DNA of 64,000 bases. Source: a virus. A model generated the notes under the pieces. The model had not been told where the DNA came from and did no database searches. It worked only from the letters and a program-made list of their open reading frames with translations. Positions 57,101-64,000 of this stretch are shown here, in pieces. Each line of letters opens with the position of its first letter. Position 1 is the stretch's first letter. The DNA is taken from positions 32,001 through 96,000 of the IMG/VR virus record IMGVR_UViG_3300025131_000007. One strand, given 5' to 3'. The position numbers and the translations under genes were made by a program.

Positions 57101-57560
57101 CCCAACGGATATTACCGAAACTAAAATAATGAAAGAATATTATGGAGATGGGAGTATTGGTGGTTTCGGAGGTATGGGAGCAAATCTCGGCGCGTTACGC
57201 CATCCCACGGGGCAGATGGTCACGCCACGACCCGCACTTCAAACTATCATTGACGATTGGGCACAAGGCGGGGTGCAACTTTATGATTCTCCCGTCAATA
57301 CTCACGATATGCGATACACAGTTATGATGCCAGTAGAGGAATTGTGGTCACTAGCTGCCACGCATTATCGGGGAGCGGCAATGGATTTTGATGGAAGGTA
57401 TCGCCATTTCATTAAAGATGGGCCCACTAATCCAGTTTATTTGGCGATTGGAAAAAATGGGAGAGCAAAAATTACAGGCAACGAAGACGTGGTGTGGTTT
57501 GCGAAAAAGTCGGGGCTTGAAGAGGTGCCAGTTTTCTTAAGCTATCAACGACAGGTATAG
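54150..57560 (+). CDS. large multidomain protein (PcfJ-like domain, C-terminal ParB/Srx-like domain)
   Basis: EGQRMGHC..WSLR..VTIEY..QIKGRDN (PcfJ-like) and PVYLAIGKNG..ITGNE..AK..GLEEVPV (ParB-like). Confidence 0.55.
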   Translation: MTNATDNWFRKLNEERYDMLTEAKVEDFNLPDIIVGKVRAYLHGTSEKGRIWAAEQWKEQPMPATEAWKNKFVNPTIEEIDKLLDGPPGHEKLGGDKWEEFKDDIRKVAFISDNLDKALTSQTEGAQGRLKKSINKAEKALKRNPYIKSIFTSDEEMNERLGDIFGRMKDFAYNTMWTGFYENSRNIFTYLNDDPSNYEYFKGKDVWDPVEITYYDRTTRKKETADFQDLDTYAEYLLQNIEDEQMIIHTFEDGSYWYDLDTRRCSVEGQRMGHCGAADEGTMWSLRYMPKGRKWSSSLVTIEYDQDTETVHQIKGRDNNAPHKGTWPHIVWFIDEMDVEYIAERGQHSDDHEGFEKLREYLEENTNATFRDSTEEQAEQLEEDLREIERSVNGRLDHGGVDGADSVDYDGDHIYYYATAGMTYVIPLLGWEGFQRGPENKSYVARGENAVGFRPMPYDDDFYNWKDIIPNYPEEIEWDLDDTGGAVELRVDVTWRCEDCSDASDFQYFADDFETSVDNYYDDTVNQITKLLARKGIINPSGWTTTARELSDLDQQLQNWQTDLDLDDLSDTIRFWLHEGDNDEVIESGVSIPSEYITRSGIRAQDVNQMIRQVFGGTHYGGIEVRASSLFMDSVFNALKEMDREANLAAQQQTRLPGIPAEYFRNMVQPIKLSDDMEVFLSGFRQKETLSTSNRFAPIELSYRIVIEMDEDVSKENLEAAMNFMKQMDSDNNVEKVKTAINQVIQARLQNSVQQQNKTYKEIEDGTVAKKYIGQIVDTYSGQTHPSAQSRVEFARWAAENIKDMNSVEIYVLTQLYLKDVAGGGWIDFNAQEDRFPPSWVPRVRTELEKRGHPEPRSYQAGVRESIEDQIIRIDRQLAERKTDLRIYRVYVTAVVYPEIATDKEIQDQIRGIRGVTTVDPMAVTRKKLTPTSYRIKLAIKFELLGQLNRDAYIQKRLLPHMRKIKALGTVSHQPNVELVSGGDPTDITETKIMKEYYGDGSIGGFGGMGANLGALRHPTGQMVTPRPALQTIIDDWAQGGVQLYDSPVNTHDMRYTVMMPVEELWSLAATHYRGAAMDFDGRYRHFIKDGPTNPVYLAIGKNGRAKITGNEDVVWFAKKSGLEEVPVFLSYQRQV

Positions 57561-57567
57561 GTATGAC

Positions 57568-58440
57568 ATGAGAAAAATTCTGAAAGAGGCACTGCGAATG
57601 GTATTTTTGATGGCGTTTGCGTTCATTGCGACCAGCGCAACTCTTCTTTCAGTTCGTCAAAGCCAGGAGATTCCTCTTTATGAAGAAATTTCTCACCCTA
57701 ACAACGTTAACCCTTTGGTGCAGATTGCAGACACTAGAGCTATTCATCGATCGCGTAATAGTGCCCTTCGGGTTATTTCCCTCTCTACGCGCCTAGGCGG
57801 CATGTCAACCTCATCGGGAACCTATATTAAGTTTGAGGATAAGTTTTATATTTTAACAGTAGCTCATGGAATTATTGGAGGCTGTGAGGGCACATCATTT
57901 ATGACGGAAAAAGGATTATATCACTGTAAGCGGGTTATTGCCGTTAATGATTTGGTCGATTATGCCATTATTGAAGTTGATGAGATAGTAGAACGACATG
58001 CGGTTTCTATTCCTCGCCATCTTCCACGCGGGCATCAATGGAAAAAGGATTTTTCGATCATGACGCGCACTTACTATACCGGCTTTCCTAACGCAATGGG
58101 CCCTTTCACGCTTGACGGTAAAGTAATTGGATATAATGAAAATGATTTTGTATATATCAAATCTTATGGCTGGTCGGGATGTTCTGGTGCGGGCATCTTT
58201 ACTCAAAGCGGTAGATTGGTGGCATACGTGCTGGCATTGACCGTTGGTCAAACTCAATATGGCTTTAACGTAGCCGAGGACATAATTATAGCTGTTCCAT
58301 TGTTCAAAATTAATTGGGCACATGCAATAAAAATAGCGAAGGAGAAACAAGACGATGAAAAAGAAAACAGATCACCCCCTGAATCGAAATTATCAGACAG
58401 TGCTGAGTCAGATTCAGGTGTTAGATACCCAAATCCGTAA
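57568..58440 (+). CDS. membrane-anchored trypsin-like serine protease
   Basis: N-terminal hydrophobic helix; LTVAH, DYAI and GCSGAG triad motifs. Confidence 0.8.
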   Translation: MRKILKEALRMVFLMAFAFIATSATLLSVRQSQEIPLYEEISHPNNVNPLVQIADTRAIHRSRNSALRVISLSTRLGGMSTSSGTYIKFEDKFYILTVAHGIIGGCEGTSFMTEKGLYHCKRVIAVNDLVDYAIIEVDEIVERHAVSIPRHLPRGHQWKKDFSIMTRTYYTGFPNAMGPFTLDGKVIGYNENDFVYIKSYGWSGCSGAGIFTQSGRLVAYVLALTVGQTQYGFNVAEDIIIAVPLFKINWAHAIKIAKEKQDDEKENRSPPESKLSDSAESDSGVRYPNP

Positions 58441-58615
58441 ACTTTCTACCCAAATTCAACAGGTTAAGCAAGATTTGCAACGCAACACGATGGAAGAAGC
58501 GATCGTGGAGGAAGTGTGTTTGGATGAAATTGAGGCAAATAAGGCTGCACTAGAAGCAATGCGCGGTATTTGTTTGGAAGCCATGTTAGACACTGATCCC
58601 CAAGGAGAGGCGTAA
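58355..58615 (+). CDS. coiled-coil hypothetical protein
   Basis: AAGGAG RBS and heptad pattern; overlaps the 3' end of the protease gene. Confidence 0.55.
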   Translation: MKKKTDHPLNRNYQTVLSQIQVLDTQIRKLSTQIQQVKQDLQRNTMEEAIVEEVCLDEIEANKAALEAMRGICLEAMLDTDPQGEA

Positions 58616-58956
58616 TGCCAAATGACACAAAAGAGACAGAATTGTTAACCATAGAGCCCGAGGATCTTAAGCCTAAAAAGCCGAGCAATCGTGCACCCGA
58701 AGGCATTCGGAGTTTTACAGTGTGCCGACAGAACGATGAAAGCGGCATATCGGGAGAAGGTATAGTCATTGAAGGAGTAATGTTTGCCACCGGTCACACG
58801 GTCATTCACTGGCTTACGCCCGCTCCCCGAGGAAGTATTGCGTTTTTTGATGCTTATGATGATTTTATTAAAATTCATGTAACTTCTCATCCCACAAATA
58901 ATACAATTCTTACCTTTGATGATGGTGAGCAGACTATTTATGAAGGAGGGAAATAA
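58615..58956 (+). CDS. phage hypothetical protein
   Basis: R..DESGISGEG.V.EGV.F..G...IHWL motif, recalled from other phage hypothetical proteins. Confidence 0.6.
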   Translation: MPNDTKETELLTIEPEDLKPKKPSNRAPEGIRSFTVCRQNDESGISGEGIVIEGVMFATGHTVIHWLTPAPRGSIAFFDAYDDFIKIHVTSHPTNNTILTFDDGEQTIYEGGK

Positions 58957-58960
58957 AATA

Positions 58961-59884
58961 ATGCGTAAGTGGTGGGAATTTATCGAAGAAACTAGAGACA
59001 ACCCTCGCAAACGTAGTTCGGGGAAAGGTACCGAACAATCGTTGAAATGGTTTTTGGATACAGGAAGTCAGAAAAAAGGTGGCTATCCTAAAAAACGTGA
59101 GCCTAATTTTAGTAAGAAGAAGTTTAATGATATCTCTGCGCCCCTCGAGCCCGCCGGCGGGCTCGAGGAAGAAGTGGATCCAGATTCCTTTCAGGCACAA
59201 ACGACTCTTGAGCCTTCTATTTGGCTTAACTCAGAAGAGCTTCAGCCCGATATTCGCGATCGCTTAATTCAAATTGCGTTTGATTTTATGGAGAGCTTAG
59301 AGGTGAATGCCACACTGGCAGACATTCGACTAACGGGATCCTTGGCCAATTACAATTGGTCAGAATATTCTGATTTGGATTTGCATTTGGTGGTAGATTT
59401 TGCTGAGATGAACAGCGACGAAGTGTTAGTGAAGAAGTTTTTCGATGCTTCCCGCATGAGGTGGAACGATCGCCATGATATTAAAATTTATGGCTATGAG
59501 GTGGAAATTTATGTTGAGGATGCGGATGAAGAACACCGTTCGTCGGGCGTTTTTTCTGTCTTAAAAGATGAATGGTTGGAAGAACCCGATCCGGATGGGG
59601 TTAAGGATGCCTGGACCACTCTTGCACGAAAAAAGAGCGATGATATCTTAACACAAATTAACTTGATTCACTCTTTTTTGCCGGCGCGCCCCAAGGCTGC
59701 CTTGCGTAGTGTGAAACGATTGAAAAGAAAAATTAGTTTAATGCGCCGCGTGGGATTGGAAAGCAAAGACCAGGAGCACTCCCTGGAAAATGTAATATTT
59801 AAGATTTTACGTCGTGAAGGAGCGTTGGATTTGTTGAGTCAACTTAAAGATCAAGCTTATGACGCGGCATTTAGTATAGGATGA
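58961..59884 (+). CDS. Pol-beta superfamily nucleotidyltransferase
   Basis: LTGSLANYNWSEYSDLDLHL (GS..DxD) with a third acid in EVEIY; GGAGG RBS and CTATTTA (58934) upstream. Confidence 0.75.
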   Translation: MRKWWEFIEETRDNPRKRSSGKGTEQSLKWFLDTGSQKKGGYPKKREPNFSKKKFNDISAPLEPAGGLEEEVDPDSFQAQTTLEPSIWLNSEELQPDIRDRLIQIAFDFMESLEVNATLADIRLTGSLANYNWSEYSDLDLHLVVDFAEMNSDEVLVKKFFDASRMRWNDRHDIKIYGYEVEIYVEDADEEHRSSGVFSVLKDEWLEEPDPDGVKDAWTTLARKKSDDILTQINLIHSFLPARPKAALRSVKRLKRKISLMRRVGLESKDQEHSLENVIFKILRREGALDLLSQLKDQAYDAAFSIG

Positions 59885-59890
59885 GCCTAA

Positions 59891-60127
59891 ATGGAATTTG
59901 ATGAAATTACAGAGGAATCCAAAGTGTATCCCGGAGAATATTTGCTCTATACCCCTCGGATGGAGATCGTCTTGTGTGGTGCATATATGCCATCTAAAAA
60001 GAAGATTAAAGCATTGGCTTATGGAAAAATGATCGAAGATCACACTCATCATTTCCAGAAGATTAGGCTGAATCCGGAGGAACGAAAAGAGAGGTTGTCG
60101 ACCAGATGCAAGGGGTGCACCAAATAA
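59891..60127 (+). CDS. hypothetical protein
   Basis: Tightly packed ORF ending CKGC. Confidence 0.55.
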   Translation: MEFDEITEESKVYPGEYLLYTPRMEIVLCGAYMPSKKKIKALAYGKMIEDHTHHFQKIRLNPEERKERLSTRCKGCTK

Positions 60128-60337
60128 ATGGGGCGCGTTGATACCATTGTTTTAATATGTAAAATTCAATTGGAACAATTGGCAGATAGAGAACGGAGAT
60201 TGCGGCGTGAGATTGAAGACGGAAAAATACAAATGGAATACTTGAAATTGCTGATGGATGAAATAAAATATGTCAATGTCATTGAATATTTAACATTGGA
60301 TAAAAGCGTTTTTGATGGAGACAGCGAGCACAAATGA
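60128..60337 (+). CDS. hypothetical protein
   Basis: Abutting ORF in the + strand run. Confidence 0.5.
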   Translation: MGRVDTIVLICKIQLEQLADRERRLRREIEDGKIQMEYLKLLMDEIKYVNVIEYLTLDKSVFDGDSEHK

Positions 60338-60612
60338 AAAAAGGAAAACCCACAATTAGCCAATTTGATGTGGATGGGCCTTTCCTCCGGTCGAAGCAGA
60401 TTTTGTCTGCCTTTGGGGAATCCATGGCGTTCAGTGCAATTGTGCAAGCCACCGTCAAAGAGTTGGAGAAGTGTGAAGAGGAATTTGAGGCAGCTATTTT
60501 TATGGGCGACACAGAGCTAGCGCTCGAAAAGAAAAAAGAAAAGGAAGAAATTATGCGTTCTTTGACATTTGCTGCTTCTCTCCTGGAGAGTGACGACGGC
60601 ATCAGCGCATGA
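60334..60612 (+). CDS. hypothetical protein
   Basis: ATGA overlaps on both sides. Confidence 0.55.
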   Translation: MKKGKPTISQFDVDGPFLRSKQILSAFGESMAFSAIVQATVKELEKCEEEFEAAIFMGDTELALEKKKEKEEIMRSLTFAASLLESDDGISA

Positions 60613-60872
60613 CCAAGATTTATATTTATTGTTTGTTCGATGCTTTTGATCGATTTTTGGGAGTGTATTCGTCTCTTAAAGCTGTTCATCGAGATGCGCT
60701 CAAACATTGTAATATCGGGAACACGCCCATTTATCTTATTAGCTTAAAAAAGCCGCAAAAGGCATCTTTGGTTGCAGTGCGGAACTTTTTTAAGGGCACC
60801 TGCGATGTGGTGCTTGAATATCGGAGCGATCGCGGCGGTGTCAAGGTATACAAAACTAAATTAAAAGAGTAA
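60609..60872 (+). CDS. hypothetical protein
   Basis: ATGA overlap; IY.LFD...FLGVYSS..A motif. Confidence 0.55.
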   Translation: MTKIYIYCLFDAFDRFLGVYSSLKAVHRDALKHCNIGNTPIYLISLKKPQKASLVAVRNFFKGTCDVVLEYRSDRGGVKVYKTKLKE

Positions 60873-60877
60873 TTAGG

Positions 60878-61138
60878 ATGTATGGTATTCCACATTCAGG
60901 CGATTTGGTTAAATGGATTTCAGATTGGCATGTGTACTCCGCCGATAGCTTGGGGGAGGTGCATGGCGAGGTACCAGTTTATTCTTTTGGGGTGGTTTTG
61001 GAGGCATATAATGATCGTAAAATTTTAGTGGTTTTTTCGCATGATATAGGAACGCGATATCTAATAAATTTGGAATTAGTGGATTGTGAAGTAGTGAGCA
61101 AATCGAAGGCGAGGAACATAGACAATGAAACAGATTAA
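60878..61138 (+). CDS. small SH3-like protein
   Basis: GDLVKW...GVVLE pattern. Confidence 0.5.
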   Translation: MYGIPHSGDLVKWISDWHVYSADSLGEVHGEVPVYSFGVVLEAYNDRKILVVFSHDIGTRYLINLELVDCEVVSKSKARNIDNETD

Positions 61139-61511
61139 GAAGGGTAGTCTCGTATGTGCATTCCGTCGGTCATATCCGGGGGTGGGGCTTGTTATACATC
61201 GGGAGAGAGATTTAGTGTCTTATCTTAAAATAGATGTGGAGCTTTTGCACCGGCGCAAGGAGATTGAAAACTCCAAGGATTTGACGGGACGCGTAACGAT
61301 GGAGTGGTGGGGAGACATCGAAGAACAGATCACCAACAGCACCAATCAACAAGTGGCGAAGGAATTTTTGGCATACAATCATTACGGAAGAAAAAAGGTT
61401 CTTAAAAAAGACTTTTCTTATGTGAAGTGGATTAAAAAACCCTCCGAATTTGCGCAAATTATTCATGATAAGGAGGGGTGGATCCCCTCAGATTGGCTTA
61501 GAGTTGTGTAG
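61125..61511 (+). CDS. SH3-like protein with insertion
   Basis: IKKGSLV...GVGLVI...YVKW...WIP..WLRVV. Confidence 0.5.
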   Translation: MKQIKKGSLVCAFRRSYPGVGLVIHRERDLVSYLKIDVELLHRRKEIENSKDLTGRVTMEWWGDIEEQITNSTNQQVAKEFLAYNHYGRKKVLKKDFSYVKWIKKPSEFAQIIHDKEGWIPSDWLRVV

Positions 61512-61563
61512 CGTAATGACTTCTTTAGGAAATACTCATACTTATTAGTGTTGGAATATAGTT

Positions 61564-62208
61564 ATGGAACTGCTTTATGAAATTCAGGCCGCGCTCGATC
61601 GCCCCATTTGTTCGGGGTGGGATCGTGCATTTCTTGAATCTATTGCATTCCAGTTAGATAAGGGAAAAGTGCTAACGGGTCGACAAAAAACTATTCTTGG
61701 GAGAGTTTTGAGCCAAAACACCGCACAGGAAGAAGAAAATTTGCAAGCGTGGAAGGAGAAGTATTTTGCAGAATATTATTCGATTGCCCGTCAAGTTGCT
61801 TATTATCATCTGCGACAACCCTACTATGCGGAAATGGCGAAAGATATCTTAACAGGAAAAGTGCCCAGGCGCAAGCGATTTATTAAAATGATAAACAACA
61901 AATATACTAAGAAGGTGTTGCGGGAGTATGCGAAAAGCCCTCGTTTTTTATTAGGAACATATGTTAAAATAAAAACTAATTTTGATCGCACTCGCATGTC
62001 ATTTGACAAATATGGTGAAGGGGATATTTTTCGCAGTTGGGAGTATAAAAGAAAGGCTTTTTTGAATTTTGTCTCAAAAGGAGGCATTATTTTGTCAGTT
62101 GACGATGAAATTCATTCCGCAGCTAAGGGTGCCACTCGCTATAAAATTTTAGCAATTGGAGCAACAATACCTTTTTATGTGGAAGAAAGATTTTTGAAGC
62201 GGGGATAA
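61564..62208 (+). CDS. hypothetical protein
   Basis: WDRAFLESI..Q....LT.RQ N-terminus and SH3-like C-terminus; ATACTTA upstream. Confidence 0.6.
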   Translation: MELLYEIQAALDRPICSGWDRAFLESIAFQLDKGKVLTGRQKTILGRVLSQNTAQEEENLQAWKEKYFAEYYSIARQVAYYHLRQPYYAEMAKDILTGKVPRRKRFIKMINNKYTKKVLREYAKSPRFLLGTYVKIKTNFDRTRMSFDKYGEGDIFRSWEYKRKAFLNFVSKGGIILSVDDEIHSAAKGATRYKILAIGATIPFYVEERFLKRG

Positions 62209-62223
62209 CCACATACTTATTAT

Positions 62224-62481
62224 GTGAGTGATAAAACTACAACCCCACTTTTCCCCTTTGTCTTTCGACTGGGACATTTTGTTAAATGTTCTTATGATTA
62301 CACCTTAACGTGGTGGATCGAAGAGGGTAGCACAAGAGTTTTTTATGGGGTGGTTGTGGGTTGTCACCAAAAAGATATTTATTTTCCGTACGGCACTTTT
62401 TATGATATTTTATGCACCGATGGCCATCTCAGATATTTTGCTGAATGGGAAATAAAACATGTGAAAAAACCAGATAAATAA
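62224..62481 (+). CDS. small SH3-like protein
   Basis: FRLGHFVK...YGVVV...YDILC.DG....AEWEI. Confidence 0.45.
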   Translation: MSDKTTTPLFPFVFRLGHFVKCSYDYTLTWWIEEGSTRVFYGVVVGCHQKDIYFPYGTFYDILCTDGHLRYFAEWEIKHVKKPDK

Positions 62482-62490
62482 AAAAAATCC

Positions 62491-62519
62491 TTGACATTTG
62501 GTGTACGTTAGGTTATATT
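62491..62519 (+). promoter_or_regulatory. sigma70-type promoter
   Basis: TTGACA-17 nt-TATATT with an upstream A tract; shares CTTGACATTTGGTGT with the 30406 promoter. Confidence 0.8.
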
Positions 62520-62569
62520 ATATATGAACGAAAGTTCATTATTATTCATACTTAGGAGAAAGAAAGTTT

Positions 62570-62746
62570 ATGAAAGTAGAAAAAGTAGAAGTTGAAAACT
62601 TAAAAAAACAAGTTCAAGATATGGGCATGCGCATAACCACTTTGGTGGATGAGGTGCGCACCTTACAACAGGATATAAGCCATTTCAAATCGCAAGTGGG
62701 GAAAGATATTACTACATTGGAAAATTTAGCTCGACGAATCAATTGA
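62570..62746 (+). CDS. 58-aa coiled-coil protein
   Basis: AGGAG RBS; MKVEKVEVENLKKQVQDMG...; below the ORF-track cutoff. Confidence 0.55.
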   Translation: MKVEKVEVENLKKQVQDMGMRITTLVDEVRTLQQDISHFKSQVGKDITTLENLARRIN

Positions 62747-63219
62747 TGACCCGAACTATAAAGGATATTCTGGGCACTCTTAATTTGTCGCGAACTGCCA
62801 CTGTATCTTTGAGGTGTTTAGAGAGAGAGGATGTGTTTCATTACACAGATGACTATCACGGTCATGTGTTGGAAAATACCGATGTGGTGAGCCAGTTGGC
62901 AGAACTACTGCTAGCATATCGAAATGATGTGTGGGCATATGGATCGAGTGTTTTGGAGGAATTTAGAGAAAATGGGTGGCTTCAGGAGTATGAAAGAGAT
63001 CATACTTTTAATGATTATTTGCGGGAAATCATCGCAGACAACTATTATGAAGTAGCAGCTATTGACTTTACCACTGAAAAATACGATCATAAGCGCGGAA
63101 GATGCACTATTGAGGCAGTCGTTGAGGTTCCACTGTGGCGCGTTCTCGATAATCCAGAAGCCATTGAAGGGTGGGAAGCATCTGTTAAAACCAGCGCTGG
63201 CACCTTAGTGTTAGGGTGA
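62746..63219 (+). CDS. hypothetical protein
   Basis: TGATG coupling with the upstream ORF. Confidence 0.6.
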   Translation: MTRTIKDILGTLNLSRTATVSLRCLEREDVFHYTDDYHGHVLENTDVVSQLAELLLAYRNDVWAYGSSVLEEFRENGWLQEYERDHTFNDYLREIIADNYYEVAAIDFTTEKYDHKRGRCTIEAVVEVPLWRVLDNPEAIEGWEASVKTSAGTLVLG

Positions 63220-63228
63220 AAGGGGGTC

Positions 63229-63257
63229 TTGGGAGATACATTGAATAAGGTTATATT
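63229..63257 (+). promoter_or_regulatory. degenerate sigma70-type promoter
   Basis: TTGGGA-17 nt-TATATT preceded by GGT. Confidence 0.4.
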
Positions 63258-63298
63258 GTGTATGGGAATATAATTTAATAACCAATAAGGAAAGAAAC

Positions 63299-63604
63299 AT
63301 GGGAAAATATACCACAGACGATAACAGATCAATGCAACTCAATCCTAACAACGACCGCTATGGTTCGTCAAGAGGTTGGGGTGATGATGATATGGATGAG
63401 TACGATTATAAAGATTTGCTCGAAGAAATAAGAGGGTATCGCCTTGATCAAAAGATTGATTACACGAAGTACGGTTTTACCCAAAATAAATGGGAGTCTG
63501 AACAATGGGAATGGCAGCGGATTCACGAATGGTGGCCGTATGACAAGCAACTATTGGAAAGTCTGATCAGAGATCAATACAACAGATCAATGAGAAGGAG
63601 ATAG
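63299..63604 (+). CDS. hypothetical protein
   Basis: AAGGA RBS; DNRSMQLNPNNDRY motif. Confidence 0.55.
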   Translation: MGKYTTDDNRSMQLNPNNDRYGSSRGWGDDDMDEYDYKDLLEEIRGYRLDQKIDYTKYGFTQNKWESEQWEWQRIHEWWPYDKQLLESLIRDQYNRSMRRR

Positions 63605-63613
63605 GGGCAGGTC

Positions 63614-63823
63614 ATGCAAAAAGGGTGGATAGTAAAAATTGCCAAAACCGCAGAGAGTCAAACGCGCAAACATTTTGGGGATAATTGGGGTATTGTCATC
63701 GGTCACGCGGCGGGCTGGGGAGAACAGTTGTGTCATGTTTATTTCCCTAAGTGGAAAAAAGATTTTAATATACACCAAAGATATTTGGAGGTGATTAGTT
63801 ATGGCAACCAAGAAGGAAAATAA
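63614..63823 (+). CDS. small SH3-like protein
   Basis: MQKGWIVK...WGIVI...VYFP...YLEVIS. Confidence 0.5.
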   Translation: MQKGWIVKIAKTAESQTRKHFGDNWGIVIGHAAGWGEQLCHVYFPKWKKDFNIHQRYLEVISYGNQEGK

Positions 63824-64000
63824 GGAAGGCGCAGGGGTTGGTTTGAAAGACAGAGAAAAGTTTAAGTTACAAAAACCACCCAAGTATAAGGTAGTGATGC
63901 TCAACGACAATTATACCCCGATGGATTTTGTATCCGCAATATTGATGCAAGTATTTCATAAATCCCAGGGGGCAGCCGCTGCTATTACTTTCCAGGTTCA
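63801..64000 (+). CDS. clpS: ClpS adaptor (N-degron recognition), 3' truncated
   Basis: GGAGGTG RBS; PPKYKVVMLNDNYTPMDFV..ILMQVF; runs off the window and is absent from the ORF track. Confidence 0.88.
   Translation, partial: MATKKENKEGAGVGLKDREKFKLQKPPKYKVVMLNDNYTPMDFVSAILMQVFHKSQGAAAAITFQV

Noticed and set aside
1-64000. Alternative genetic code, tRNA genes or prophage integration signals
   Set aside because: Known genes are full length under the standard code with all three stops used; no tRNA-like sequence, integrase or host flank was recognised.

Overview
The window is a 64-kb segment of a large T4-superfamily-like myovirus genome, almost entirely coded on the + strand. Bases 1-23.9 kb are a virion module: fibre/decoration paralogues, scaffold, gp23-like major capsid, gp13/14/15-like neck, gp18 sheath, gp19 tube, tail assembly chaperone, tape measure and baseplate. 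Bases 23.9-43 kb are a replication/nucleotide module: a minimal family A polymerase, a degenerate tubulin/FtsZ-fold protein, gp32-like SSB, RecA/UvsX, 5'-3' exonuclease, DnaB/gp41 helicase, class II RNR, GroES, amidase, ThyX, DnaE and a putative endonuclease-methyltransferase pair. Bases 43-64 kb are accessory genes: dUTPase, Dam, thioredoxin, ClpP, GroEL, cupin, trypsin-like protease, a Pol-beta-type nucleotidyltransferase, ClpS and many small ORFs. Two promoter classes can be read directly: TTGACA-N16/17-TA(T/C)(A/T/C)(T/A)T before replication/early genes, and a CTANTTA motif before structural genes and a few isolated genes in the right arm. The main candidates for new biology are four. (1) A three-copy RNA hairpin/pseudoknot motif with covariation that punctuates the ssb-recA interval. 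(2) An unannotated +1/-2 frameshift at a T7 run in the tail chaperone gene. (3) Late-motif genes rich in (I/L)xE sites that may encode virion-packaged enzymes. (4) Several enzyme folds with eroded catalytic motifs. All product calls come from motif recognition by eye, not database searches. No tRNA, rRNA, CRISPR array or integrase was seen.
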